From positions 1-61,111 of IMG/VR virus record IMGVR_UViG_3300011436_000001: DNA of 61,111 nt; one strand, written 5' to 3'. The position numbers and the translations under genes were made by a program. A model generated the notes under the pieces. It was given only the letters and a program-made list of their open reading frames with translations, was not told the DNA's origin and ran no database searches. The DNA comes from a virus. Taxonomy: Duplodnaviria > Caudoviricetes. Shown piece by piece: positions 9,346 to 19,507 of this stretch (position 1 is the first letter of the stretch; every line of letters starts with the position of its first letter).

Positions 9346-12342
9346 TTAGGTCACCTGCTCGGCTTTCACCTGAAGAGTTGAAACTTCGATATTATATGCC
9401 GGATCGGTCGTGCTTAATCGACATTGATATTGGAGGCCCCGACATTCAAATTCTGCGCTTTCCGCGCGCTGGTACTCGCTCCAAGTAGGCGAGGCATTCG
9501 GATCATCGTCGGTCACCCGCACCCATACCTGCGCATCGGCGTCACCGACAGTCGTGCCATCAAAATTGTCCCAATCGTCTATGTTGGCGGTCCGCTCATC
9601 AAACAGATCGAAGGTATCGGTGATCACGACGGCCAACGTCGTGCGAATGCGAACGCGCTGTATTGTCGTCAAATCCATCAGCGTCGAAAATGTGTACGTA
9701 CCAGACAACGCAACACCGCCGCCAAAGCTGTCGATCAACGTCACCGCGTCCACATCCGGGATGTCATCCCACAGACCAGTCGAACCCAGCTTCAAAATGC
9801 TATCGACACCAACCGTGCCACTGTGCGTCCCGAAGAACGTCGGTTCCTCGATGATCGTATTAAGCGTCGTGTACCCCAGGACCGTCGCGCCTGCCGTCGA
9901 GACTGCCGACGGCGAGGTGGATTTGATCCCCATACTATCGACAGCCTTGACCAAGTACGTGCCCGGCTTCAGCGGGAACACGCCGACGGTTTCATATCCA
10001 GGCACCACATTTCCGATGGTAACGCTTTCTTCCCAAAGCGCGTTGATTTCGGCCTGCGAATGCCGAACCTCGAAGTACCCGCCGTTCAACACATCCAGGT
10101 CCGGCGATTTATCCCAGCGCAGAAGAGCCATACCGCCCATGCCAACCATCGTCAGACCGGCGGGCGGCGTCGGCGGGGCCAACAAACCGAATATCTCGCG
10201 CGTCGTGACTTCGGAAGTCGCGGAATTGGAGCCCATGACATTGATGGCAATCACGCGGAAATCGTAAACCGCCGGGTTCACGTCAAAAATATCAACCGCC
10301 AGGAAGCTAGCGGTGACCTGCGGCAACTGCGTCCAATCCAACACGTCAGCCCGTTTGTACTCAGGACGATAGAACGTCACATAGCCGTCGGTTGAAGCTT
10401 CCCAAGTCATCGTGACTTTGGCTTTGATGCCCGCGCCGTCACGGGTCTGATAAGTGCTTTCGGTGATCACAGGCGCGCCGGGCACACCAACAAGGAACGC
10501 GCTGATCAACTCTGTACGCTTGGCCGGGGCAAAGTACCCTTCCTCATCGGCATTCCAGGCGAACACGTTGCTATCGATCTCGCGGACTTGCAGATCGACG
10601 CCGATGTAGGGCGCGCCTGCATCATCCTCATCGCCAACTAGCTGCCACTGCATCACCTCAAATTCCTTGGAGTTCCAGCCGTAGCGATCCAACGTCACAT
10701 AAATACTGTCGCCCGCTTGCACCTGGAAAGCCGACAGCTTGCACGGCAGCGTCACAGCCATCTCGCGCCGACCGCGCTCCAATTCTATTTTGGCGATGCG
10801 CTGACAAGTGAAAGGCTTGAAAGCGAACGGCATATCCAACGTCGTGAAGATGCGAATGTTGCCGTCGTCAGCTTCGTATGCGCCGTTGATGACAATCGGG
10901 TACTCATCGTCTTGCCAGAAATTTTCCGGGGCCAGGAACGCGCCGCGCACAGCGTTGAAGCGATCACGCCGGGATACCTTCGTCGTGATTTGTGGACCAC
11001 GGCGCAGATCGCGCTCGATCAGTGTCCATGTTGGCATCGTGTACACACCACACTTGATGACCCACTGTCCGCCAATCAAATAAATGCGGCCCGCCATCGA
11101 CGCGCGGATGTTGTCGAGGATTTGCCCCGGCGGGTCATCCAGTTCTACGGTCCCGGCTGCTACGTAGCGCGGCTCCGCAATCCTCGTCAGCGTCATGATA
11201 CCGCTGCCTGGATTAGTGATGTCGATCACCGTGCGCGTCAGCGCATTGGCGTAAGAAGTTGCCAGCCGGACTGCGGGCTTCGCGACGTACAAATAGGGAT
11301 CAACGCTATCAACCAGATGCTCGCGGAATGGCACGATGTAGTAATCGGTCAACACGGCAAGCGGTGTAGGCATAACCGCGCTTTCTGGCGGATGTTCTGG
11401 CGTGCCGTCGCCGGGATCGGCGATCACACTCATCCGCACGCGGTCGCCTAACGTCAGATTGACCAACGTATCGGTATCGAACTCGATGCAGTTCAACGTG
11501 TCATCGACATTGAAAACGATATGATCGGTTGACGTGACAGTGACAAATTCCTCGCAGGAATTAGCCGACGCCTGAAGCACCGTATCGTTCACCCGGCTAG
11601 TCTCCAAACCCATGCCGCCCAAATACAGCGGGCGCGTGATGTAGTCGCGCAGCATCAGCGTTGGGTTCGGACTAAAAACGGTGTTGCCGGTGCGCGGATC
11701 AAAAAGCTTCTTGCCATACATCCAAACCGAAACGGACGGCAAGCCGCTGACAAAGACATCCTGGTTATAACCAAAGCGGATGTAGACGTACGCGCGCCCG
11801 CGCCCGCGATCAGTCGAAACGGCTTCGGTTTCCGCCAGTAAATCGGGATCAGCTTCCTGATCAGGGCTGCCCAAATGATACTTGATGCGGACCCTATTCT
11901 TGTAAGGGCCAAACTTCACCATATGCGTTGAAGCATCGATATTGTCAGAGTACACAATGTAGTCGTTAAGCTGCACCGCCACGATCTCATCGATTTCGTG
12001 GCACGCCAGCGTCACGATCATGTGCAGCCGGTTATTCAGATTGGTCCCCTGAACGAAGGTGATCGGGCCGGAAGAACGTGTGTACCCATAGACAATGCGC
12101 CACGGCGTGATTGGCTGTCGGACGTTTATTGTCCGATCCGGCGAGTGAGGCATCTCTGGCTTCGGGGCCATCGCCTGTTGCAACATCGCCATGCCAATGG
12201 ACAACGCCGCCGTTACCGCACCAACAACAAGAGCGGTTGCCAAAACCGATCCAGCAATAAAAGCCGAACCAGCGACGGCAGAGCCAACGCCCGCCAGCAC
12301 GCCTGCTGCGACACCGCCGATAACTGCTGCTGCTGGGGGCAT
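9346..12342 (-). CDS. Tail tip / central fibre (host-specificity J-like) with FN3-like domains
   Basis: IVYG.R..G, NP.L.LRDY, RFNAVRG.F..PEN.WQ..EYP, CQRIAKI.L.R.R and YDFRV.AIN..G motifs. Confidence 0.85.
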   Translation of the reverse strand: MPPAAAVIGGVAAGVLAGVGSAVAGSAFIAGSVLATALVVGAVTAALSIGMAMLQQAMAPKPEMPHSPDRTINVRQPITPWRIVYGYTRSSGPITFVQGTNLNNRLHMIVTLACHEIDEIVAVQLNDYIVYSDNIDASTHMVKFGPYKNRVRIKYHLGSPDQEADPDLLAETEAVSTDRGRGRAYVYIRFGYNQDVFVSGLPSVSVWMYGKKLFDPRTGNTVFSPNPTLMLRDYITRPLYLGGMGLETSRVNDTVLQASANSCEEFVTVTSTDHIVFNVDDTLNCIEFDTDTLVNLTLGDRVRMSVIADPGDGTPEHPPESAVMPTPLAVLTDYYIVPFREHLVDSVDPYLYVAKPAVRLATSYANALTRTVIDITNPGSGIMTLTRIAEPRYVAAGTVELDDPPGQILDNIRASMAGRIYLIGGQWVIKCGVYTMPTWTLIERDLRRGPQITTKVSRRDRFNAVRGAFLAPENFWQDDEYPIVINGAYEADDGNIRIFTTLDMPFAFKPFTCQRIAKIELERGRREMAVTLPCKLSAFQVQAGDSIYVTLDRYGWNSKEFEVMQWQLVGDEDDAGAPYIGVDLQVREIDSNVFAWNADEEGYFAPAKRTELISAFLVGVPGAPVITESTYQTRDGAGIKAKVTMTWEASTDGYVTFYRPEYKRADVLDWTQLPQVTASFLAVDIFDVNPAVYDFRVIAINVMGSNSATSEVTTREIFGLLAPPTPPAGLTMVGMGGMALLRWDKSPDLDVLNGGYFEVRHSQAEINALWEESVTIGNVVPGYETVGVFPLKPGTYLVKAVDSMGIKSTSPSAVSTAGATVLGYTTLNTIIEEPTFFGTHSGTVGVDSILKLGSTGLWDDIPDVDAVTLIDSFGGGVALSGTYTFSTLMDLTTIQRVRIRTTLAVVITDTFDLFDERTANIDDWDNFDGTTVGDADAQVWVRVTDDDPNASPTWSEYQRAESAEFECRGLQYQCRLSTTDPAYNIEVSTLQVKAEQVT

Positions 12343-12345
12343 CGT

Positions 12346-12795
12346 TTACCCCAATCGCCAAGCGCGGGAAGCGTGCTGCACCGAAATGAATGCCCAGCCG
12401 CGTCCCGCAGGAATGATGATGCGCTTACCCGTCAGATCAACGATGCCAGCCGCCATACCCCGCTCGGTCTGCACCATGACAGGATCGCCGCGCCGCGCCA
12501 TCGTCGGCGGCACTTCCTCCAAATTGTACTTAGTTGCAATACTCTCAAGCATGCGTTCGAAGCCACCATTGCGCGCGATGATGCGAAAGGCTTTCTTGCG
12601 TTGCGCGTAGGGCGGGAAATCGGCGCTGAAATCGACGCCGGTCATCGCATGGATCAATCGCGCGGCGGACTTGCAGCAATCGTGATCGCCATATTGGCAA
12701 AGTACATCCTTCGTCGCCTCCATCGCATCGAGAAGGCGCGTTTCCCAATCTTGAAAACGAATAAGCATCGCAGTGGCCATATCTAGTATCTCCAA
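12346..12795 (-). CDS. Tail-associated NlpC/P60-like protein
   Basis: YGDHDCC..AA....AMTG.D and ARRGD motifs; lies directly before the tail tip gene. Confidence 0.75.
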   Translation of the reverse strand: MEILDMATAMLIRFQDWETRLLDAMEATKDVLCQYGDHDCCKSAARLIHAMTGVDFSADFPPYAQRKKAFRIIARNGGFERMLESIATKYNLEEVPPTMARRGDPVMVQTERGMAAGIVDLTGKRIIIPAGRGWAFISVQHASRAWRLG

Positions 12796-13436
12796 CGTCC
12801 GCTTTGCGTCGGTGTACTTTCTACAGGTTTGCGCCCAGCATTCTTGCCCGTAAACTTCGGCGTGTTTGGTGTGCCACCACCAACACCAAATTGAATAATT
12901 TTGTCCTGAAGCGCGGTCACATATTGGAAGAACGTGTCGCCGGGATATTCCAACTCCTGGTCCTGCGGCGTGTAGTATCGAGGGTTCGGACGGCGAAGCG
13001 CGGCCAGATCGTTCTCTGCTGTCAATGTGATCCGGGGGTTGGTTGGCTGATCATCGATGGTCATCACGTCCATCGTGCCCGAAAACAACATGTACGGATC
13101 GGCGATGATCGTAAAGTTGCCATCGAGCACAGCGACCCAAAGACGGCAGGCGCGGTTTTGATAATTTTCAGCCAACGCCAGCGCGATCATGATCTCATCC
13201 GCGCCGCTCAGCGTGAATTGTACGTTGGTCGCTTTGATCTCACCGGTTTCCATGATGCCAGAAATTTCACCCAGACCGCCGACACCTGTGTACGCATCGC
13301 CATTCCATTGAATGACGCCGACGCCAGTCCAAAGATTAAGATCGCCAGACGTGAAGCCAAACTTGACCAAAACGATTGGCAAAAGCGCCGCCGCTGTGAT
13401 CTCAGAGACAAAAGGCGCGGTAAGCGAACGGGTCAT
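12783..13436 (-). CDS. Minor tail / baseplate hub protein
   Basis: LWTG.G.I.W.G..Y.G.G, LFSG.MD.M and YT..DQ...YPGD.FF.YV motifs. Confidence 0.75.
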   Translation of the reverse strand: MTRSLTAPFVSEITAAALLPIVLVKFGFTSGDLNLWTGVGVIQWNGDAYTGVGGLGEISGIMETGEIKATNVQFTLSGADEIMIALALAENYQNRACRLWVAVLDGNFTIIADPYMLFSGTMDVMTIDDQPTNPRITLTAENDLAALRRPNPRYYTPQDQELEYPGDTFFQYVTALQDKIIQFGVGGGTPNTPKFTGKNAGRKPVESTPTQSGRWRY

Positions 13437-14071
13437 GGATAGGTCAACGCCTCCATGATGTCGAAGCTGATGCCCGTCAGGAAATTATCCGCTGACCACG
13501 TTGGATCATTAGTAGCAAGACGCCACAGGCCCTCGCAGCTTTTCACGATGAGCGTCGCGCCGGAAGCCGGGGGTGTTTTCAACATCGGCCAGATTTTGAC
13601 CGTGGCAACACCGCCGCTTGTCGTGTTGACCTGTTCCAGATTTTTGAATAGGCGCGTGGCAACGCCAGACCCTACTTGTACATAGTCGCCGACCATCAGA
13701 TAGCCGGTCACGCTCGACATCGCACCCGCGATGCTGAGAAAATCAGTATTGAGGCTGGCAACCGAAATGACAGGCACGCCCGGAGAATTGGCAGCGGTGC
13801 CGCGTGGCACGCCACCTTTCGGATCACCAGCTAGAAACGTGCCGTAGCGTCCATAAAGCGATGCGAGGAACGCAAGCCAACGTTCTGCGCTGTCGCGCGG
13901 CTGCGATGACACCGCCATTCGGCCCATCCAATATTGGCCAGGATGCCGATAGACTTGTTGGATGCCAGAAAACGGCGAAGAGGACATCGCCACAATTGAG
14001 TACATCGTGAACTCTACCGCCGACAAATCTTGCGGGTCTGGCAACCTGATCGGATAAGTGATGCTCGGCAT
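13433..14071 (-). CDS. Distal tail protein
   Basis: SPFSG.QQVY...GQYW motif; directly after the tape measure gene. Confidence 0.7.
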   Translation of the reverse strand: MPSITYPIRLPDPQDLSAVEFTMYSIVAMSSSPFSGIQQVYRHPGQYWMGRMAVSSQPRDSAERWLAFLASLYGRYGTFLAGDPKGGVPRGTAANSPGVPVISVASLNTDFLSIAGAMSSVTGYLMVGDYVQVGSGVATRLFKNLEQVNTTSGGVATVKIWPMLKTPPASGATLIVKSCEGLWRLATNDPTWSADNFLTGISFDIMEALTYP

Positions 14072-14077
14072 TTGTCA

Positions 14078-16429
14078 TTACCTTAAATATCCGGGGTCCA
14101 TCCGGTGACGCTGCCGGACCATTTGTACACTCGTTTCAACAAAGCTTGGCATCGCGCGACGCAGCGCTTCGCGGACGGCAGATTGCACCGCCGCGTCGCC
14201 ATTGCTATTGCGCGCGTCGATGTAGATCGTCGGCTGGCCGCCGGACTTTCCACCACTGCCGCCGCCCGCCAGCGGACGGCCCTCGACCAACTCCGGCCCC
14301 ATTTCCGCAACGGACAGCAACGTGGGCCGCGTGAAAACGCGGGAGCCACCGGTTGCCAGCTTCGCGGAGGGGATCGCGGGGGGCAGCGGATACGCAACAC
14401 CGCCGCTTCCTATAGCGCTGCCCGCACCAAACATGCTTCCGATGGTCGAGTAACTCGTACCGAAAACGGCGTTCATGAGCGGATTGATGATCGCCAGCTT
14501 TACGATCATGTCCAAAATCTGCTTGCCAACATTCAGGATTAAATTCTTGAAGCCTTCCCACGCATCACCAGCAGTGCTCAAACTATTGGTCACGATGTCC
14601 GCAAAGCCCGACATCAGGTTTTGCGTCGTTGCAATGAGATAGGCTTCGGCCTCGGTTAGCTCTTCTGTTTTATCAGTTGCCTGATCCATCCCCTGCATAA
14701 TGAAGTCCCACATTTTCTGGTAGGCACCGGGGGCATCAAGAAGCCCCTGATCCGCCGCGTCCTTCAACATATTTAACGCTTTAGCCATCTTTTCTGTGGG
14801 GGACTGCGCCGCTTCCAAGCCACGCGTCACCCAATTTTCCATTGTGCGCGTGTACTCTTCGTAGCCCGCAACAAGCTGCGTCACCAACGGCATCATCTCC
14901 CGCAATTTTTCGTTTTGCTGATCGGTTAGCTGAATGCCCTTCTGTGTACTCGCATTCTTTTTATTGATCGCATCGATCTCATCATCCATCTGCTTTTTCA
15001 ATTGCGCAGCACGGGCGATCTTCTGTTCCTCGGACAGGCCCCAGATACGCCAATTCATGTTCAGTTCAGCAAGTGCTTTGTTGTACTTTTCGGTCGGCGA
15101 CAACAGTCCATCAGTAATGCTCTGCCCGACTTTGCGGTTTTCTTCCGCAGCCTCGGCCATCAGCTTGTTACCCTCAATCGTCAACTCATTGATGTTTTGG
15201 TTCCAAGCTATGTCCTTTTCGTGTTGTACGCGCAGTTGCTCTTCAGTTTCCCCCTTCTGCTTTCGAAGCGCGATATCCTCGCGCAGCAGTGCTTGCTCTT
15301 CTTTTGCGACCTTCAACTCTGTAGTGATTTGTACAATGCGCGCCTGCCGACGCTGTTCATTAAGCGCATACGCGTCTTGCCCGCCCGGCAACGCACCTTT
15401 AAGTATCTCCATATTCCCGACGAAAGCGGTTGGACCGGCTGTGCGTACACCTTTCAACTGATCGCGAAGACGCGTAATAGTCCCTGCGACCTTGAGCAAA
15501 TTTTCTTCATCGCCGCTGATACCAATATTGAAAGCGTCGAGTACATCGCGCACGCCTTGGGCAGCCGATTTGAACCAGCCTTCCAAGTCGGTCCTTGTGG
15601 CAATGATTTTACCGATCTCCTGCCACATATCAGACCATGCCTTAGTCAGGCTATCGACAGAGCCAGCCAAGCCACCATGCGCGGCGGCACCGCCACCGCC
15701 AACAGATTTTTCGGTTTCATCCAAAATGTACTTCATGGCTTCTGCGGTCTTACCCGCTTCCGCCATTTGCTTCGCGGTTTCCAGGATCGCCGGGCTCAAG
15801 AATGAAAACGCGCGACGCATGCCTTCAACAGAGCCGGATGAAATCGCATCCATCGCGCGGCCCATTTGAACGACTGTTCCCCGGAAATCGCGACCCATAA
15901 CTTCCGACACGTCTTGCGACAACTTCAGCACGCGCTCGAAAGCCTCACCGTGTACACTGCGGAATGTGGCCAGCGACGCGGCACCCTGCAAAACCGCCTG
16001 CTGAGTGACAAACGTCGTTTGTGACAAGGCGTTTGCTAGTTGGCCAATCTGTTCTGCGGTGACACCAGCACGCCCGCCCGTGGCCTTAAACACGGCTTCA
16101 AGGCGCAAGCTCAATCGCTCCAATTCCGCAAACTCGCGGATGCCCCCTACCACTAGACTGAAAAGCTTGTTGATGCTGATGTAAGCCGCAGCCGCCGACG
16201 CCGCGCCCTCAAGGAAGCCCAGCGCAACATCTTTCAGACCATTGGCGAGAAGCGCGACGCCGCCGCCAGGACCAGCGGCACCGCCCGCCGCCTGCCCGGT
16301 TTCCTGCAAATGTTTTTGTAAAGCAGCCTGTTCTTTCTCAAGCTCCTCGATTGCGCCAGTGATCATCGCCAAGCCTTCCGCAACGCGGTCGGCTCCGATC
16401 AGTTCAGCGAGGATTGAGAGTTTTGCCAT
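14078..16429 (-). CDS. Tape measure protein
   Basis: 783 aa, Ala/Gly-rich helical sequence following the tail chaperones. Confidence 0.88.
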   Translation of the reverse strand: MAKLSILAELIGADRVAEGLAMITGAIEELEKEQAALQKHLQETGQAAGGAAGPGGGVALLANGLKDVALGFLEGAASAAAAYISINKLFSLVVGGIREFAELERLSLRLEAVFKATGGRAGVTAEQIGQLANALSQTTFVTQQAVLQGAASLATFRSVHGEAFERVLKLSQDVSEVMGRDFRGTVVQMGRAMDAISSGSVEGMRRAFSFLSPAILETAKQMAEAGKTAEAMKYILDETEKSVGGGGAAAHGGLAGSVDSLTKAWSDMWQEIGKIIATRTDLEGWFKSAAQGVRDVLDAFNIGISGDEENLLKVAGTITRLRDQLKGVRTAGPTAFVGNMEILKGALPGGQDAYALNEQRRQARIVQITTELKVAKEEQALLREDIALRKQKGETEEQLRVQHEKDIAWNQNINELTIEGNKLMAEAAEENRKVGQSITDGLLSPTEKYNKALAELNMNWRIWGLSEEQKIARAAQLKKQMDDEIDAINKKNASTQKGIQLTDQQNEKLREMMPLVTQLVAGYEEYTRTMENWVTRGLEAAQSPTEKMAKALNMLKDAADQGLLDAPGAYQKMWDFIMQGMDQATDKTEELTEAEAYLIATTQNLMSGFADIVTNSLSTAGDAWEGFKNLILNVGKQILDMIVKLAIINPLMNAVFGTSYSTIGSMFGAGSAIGSGGVAYPLPPAIPSAKLATGGSRVFTRPTLLSVAEMGPELVEGRPLAGGGSGGKSGGQPTIYIDARNSNGDAAVQSAVREALRRAMPSFVETSVQMVRQRHRMDPGYLR

Positions 16430-16438
16430 GTTTCGGTT

Positions 16439-16606
16439 CTAGCCTTGTCCTTGCATGGCGCGTGCCTGCTCTCGACGTTGGCGGATTATCCGTAGTACAA
16501 GTTGCGTCGCGTCGGTGGTCGTGAGTTTTTCGACATCCTCTTTGCGCCAGCCGTACTCACGGCCAAACAAATCAACATAATCGATTAGCTGGCCGTAGTA
16601 GGGTTT
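16439..16606 (-). CDS. Tail assembly chaperone, -1 frameshift extension (gpGT-like)
   Basis: Slippery heptamer A AAC CCT (16600-16606); the -1 frame reads PYYGQLIDYVDLFGREYGWRKEDVEKL... to TAG at 16439. Confidence 0.7.
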   Translation of the reverse strand, partial: KPYYGQLIDYVDLFGREYGWRKEDVEKLTTTDATQLVLRIIRQRREQARAMQGQG

Positions 16607-16917
16607 TCCCCGCGCTTCTCCTCCAAGTCGAGAATGTACTTCAGCACGTTGGTCAGGTCCGGCATATCGCGGACCGCAATTTTCCGAATGGCGTTTCTAT
16701 CGATCTCTGGATCGATCTTGTGGATAAGCATATGCAGCATATCGAGCATCTGCTTTGGCTTCACCATCACCAGTCGTGAACCGTCCATGACGCCCAACTC
16801 ATTCAAGTCTTCCCAATCGCCCAACGTCATCGGGAAGGCGTCTAGCAGATTGTAGGTCCGTTCCCCGACCTTGATCAGCGCGGGCGGGGGAGTTTCTTTC
16901 TTTGTCTCTTCGACCAT
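16585..16917 (-). CDS. Tail assembly chaperone (gpG-like)
   Basis: Lies between tail tube and tape measure; ends at the slippery site. Confidence 0.75.
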   Translation of the reverse strand: MVEETKKETPPPALIKVGERTYNLLDAFPMTLGDWEDLNELGVMDGSRLVMVKPKQMLDMLHMLIHKIDPEIDRNAIRKIAVRDMPDLTNVLKYILDLEEKRGENPTTAS

Positions 16918-16927
16918 GTGTACACTC

Positions 16928-17881
16928 CTAGAAAGTATTGACCGTGGTTAGTGTCATCCTCACCGCGTAGGAAGAGGACTGCGAGAAGCGACCAATCATT
17001 TCGAAATCGACGGTGACGCGGTTGCGGCCCGCCAACCGCACCGGGAAGCTAGAGAATATCGCGCGCGGAATGTCGATCAGCAGCGCGAACGAATTTGGCT
17101 TGGTGATGTTGAACGTGACGCGCTGTTCGGTCTGGTTGATGAACGTGTTCAGATCGCTCATATCATAGAAACCGACCGTCGCATTGAGCCGCACAAGCTG
17201 CGGGCCATTGCGATGGATGCGCGCGATCTCGCGCGTGTTGTTCAACGTCGGGATGCCTTCCAACTGGTTGTCGAACGTCAGCGAGAAGCTTTCGAAGCGG
17301 TCTACCGCGACGCCGCCCAACGAAATTGAGGACGTGTCGAATTTGAAGACGCCGATGGGTGAAGTCGGGAACGTGATGACTGCCTGCCGCGCCGCCGTGG
17401 TCCGGGTCTTCGCGATGAACGTTGTCGTCATCCGCAAGTCCTGGTTCGGCGCAGTCGCCAACACAAGCCGCTGGATTTGCGCGCCGCCGTACCATTCCGC
17501 CGTGGTCACATCGCGATAGATTTCGACCGAGTACGCGGGCAGCGCGTGGTACGAACCAATATCCGTAGGCGTCGGAATATAGTCGTATTTGAAGTAGCTC
17601 GATCCGACGATGGTTAGTGATTGGATACCAAGGGCCGCCCGCAAAAAGTGCCCCAGAATTTGCGGATGTGCGGCGGCGACAATTTCGCCCTGATACCGCA
17701 AAAGGCCGCCCTCATCGTCAGCTTCGTACATAGCGCCGCCGACGATGTTCTTCACATCGAAGCGGTCCATGTTGGTGACGATATTCTCCGAAAGCGCTTC
17801 GAAGAAATGGGTCGCGGCGACAGGCGTGCCCCAAGTCACTTCACGCGCTACGCCCAAATAACCAGCAAAGCCGTACGTCAT
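16928..17881 (-). CDS. Major tail tube protein
   Basis: YLGVARE.TWGTPV N-terminus and FESFSLTFDNQL motif; position in tail module. Confidence 0.8.
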   Translation of the reverse strand: MTYGFAGYLGVAREVTWGTPVAATHFFEALSENIVTNMDRFDVKNIVGGAMYEADDEGGLLRYQGEIVAAAHPQILGHFLRAALGIQSLTIVGSSYFKYDYIPTPTDIGSYHALPAYSVEIYRDVTTAEWYGGAQIQRLVLATAPNQDLRMTTTFIAKTRTTAARQAVITFPTSPIGVFKFDTSSISLGGVAVDRFESFSLTFDNQLEGIPTLNNTREIARIHRNGPQLVRLNATVGFYDMSDLNTFINQTEQRVTFNITKPNSFALLIDIPRAIFSSFPVRLAGRNRVTVDFEMIGRFSQSSSYAVRMTLTTVNTF

Positions 17882-17897
17882 ATCACTGTTCTCCTGT

Positions 17898-18338
17898 TTA
17901 GGTGCGCGCGATCATTTCGGCAGTCAGTTGTACTTCCCCGCCAATCACAAACCCGCCCTGGTGCGGGATGGTCTGAAACTCCCCGCCCGTGATCCAGGAA
18001 CTTTCGACGGTCTGCTGCAAACTGCGATCCTGCATAAGTACAACCTGAATGATCGAAACCAATTCGTTTCGCCGCTTCATGGTGCCCAACAAATCCAGTC
18101 CGCCGTGAAAACCCCAAATGACAAAAGACACCAACATTCTGGTGCTTTGCCCGGCAGAAATAGCCTGTAGCTGTTCTGGTGCGTCCCAACGGTCCAGATA
18201 GATTTTAATGATGTCGCCTTCCTGAAACGACAACTCTGTTTCGATGTCGATAGAGGCGTTCCCAAGCTCGGGGGCAGCCTGCATCATACGCTGGATCGCT
18301 TCTTCTACGGCAAAGAAGTCTGGCAGTATCATGTACAC
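17898..18338 (-). CDS. Putative tail terminator / completion protein
   Basis: Size and position directly upstream of the tail tube gene. Confidence 0.55.
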   Translation of the reverse strand: MYMILPDFFAVEEAIQRMMQAAPELGNASIDIETELSFQEGDIIKIYLDRWDAPEQLQAISAGQSTRMLVSFVIWGFHGGLDLLGTMKRRNELVSIIQVVLMQDRSLQQTVESSWITGGEFQTIPHQGGFVIGGEVQLTAEMIART

Positions 18339-18958
18339 TAATCCGTAAAGTTGCCGCGCGCGGTTTCGTCATTGAACTCAGCCTCGGCGCGGGTCGCATA
18401 CGCGTCCAAAAGCTCTTGCGTGATCCGCTCGGCCACTGCTTTCGTCGGCAGAAGCGGACGCGCCGGGAGCCCTGGATGATGCACAACTTTTGCGAAGCGC
18501 CAGCCGCCAACAGTCCTGAACTTCAAAAACTTTGCCGTGCGCGGATAGATATCGTAAGGCCGCGTGCCAAAATGATGGTAGTCCGCGTACTCTTGCTCGG
18601 TCCCCACTTCCACAGTGTTGTCGGTCACGTTGGCAACAAAAGACTGCCGAAGCCGCGACAGGTAACGCGATGAAAAATGACTGTCACTCATCCGCGTCGG
18701 GCGGACAAAAATTGTATTCGGCGACATCGGCGGCCATTGCTGATCGGTTCCCGCGTCGCGCATGTTTTGATCGACCCAGCGCAGCCAGCGAAATCCAATG
18801 GCTTCCATCATCTGCCGAACATTGAGTACGCGTCCAACAGCCGCTAACCGTGCTCGCAAAGTTTCGACATCAAGATGGATGGAGACTGCCGCACCGACGC
18901 CGCCCCCAACTCGCGAAGCCGTCCCAATTTCTCCAATTCTCCTCCAACCGTTGGCCAT
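18338..18958 (-). CDS. Virion morphogenesis (neck) protein, Mu gpG-like
   Basis: W.P.S..T, LRQS, VGT..EYA.YHHFG and PARP.L motifs. Confidence 0.8.
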   Translation of the reverse strand: MANGWRRIGEIGTASRVGGGVGAAVSIHLDVETLRARLAAVGRVLNVRQMMEAIGFRWLRWVDQNMRDAGTDQQWPPMSPNTIFVRPTRMSDSHFSSRYLSRLRQSFVANVTDNTVEVGTEQEYADYHHFGTRPYDIYPRTAKFLKFRTVGGWRFAKVVHHPGLPARPLLPTKAVAERITQELLDAYATRAEAEFNDETARGNFTD

Positions 18959-19453
18959 CTAACCCTCGCGCGCAGCCGCGATGTCGTTCAGCTTTGTCGG
19001 GTCCTGAACGTGGTCAATCGGCTCATCTTCATTGAATGTGTGTACGTAGCCCTTGGTATTGGAAGTCGCGACCGCGCCCTCGGACCGCCCTTCAATAACG
19101 GTGCCCCCGGTATCAACCAACGTAATCGAACCGTCGGCGACTTGATCCAGCAATGTCAAACTTTCGGCGTAGCGCGACGGCCACACGCTGTCTTTCAATT
19201 GCTGTGCATTGAAGACGCGGCGCGACAGGATGCGATAGATCGCGATGTCAGTCGCCAAGGTGATCAGCAATTCTGGCGCAGGCAAAACCGGCGTCGTGTA
19301 CAGACGGCTGATCTTCGCGTCAACGATGCTTTCGGCGGGGGTGATATACGCGCCCAGAATTGCTTCGGACGTTAGATTGGTGACCGATCCGATGGCAGGC
19401 ATATCCAATAGGATACGGTCTACCGACGTGTAGTTGGGCTGGCCCATGTTCAC
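18959..19453 (-). CDS. Head-tail adaptor, Mu gp36-like
   Basis: Y..P....P.LL..LATDIAIYR and RY.E....L..VA.G.I.L pattern. Confidence 0.8.
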   Translation of the reverse strand: MNMGQPNYTSVDRILLDMPAIGSVTNLTSEAILGAYITPAESIVDAKISRLYTTPVLPAPELLITLATDIAIYRILSRRVFNAQQLKDSVWPSRYAESLTLLDQVADGSITLVDTGGTVIEGRSEGAVATSNTKGYVHTFNEDEPIDHVQDPTKLNDIAAAREG

Positions 19454-19507
19454 ACCTAGCTAGGACTAGGGAGTTTAACATGCGGCCAGCCCTGAATTAA
19501 GAAGCTC

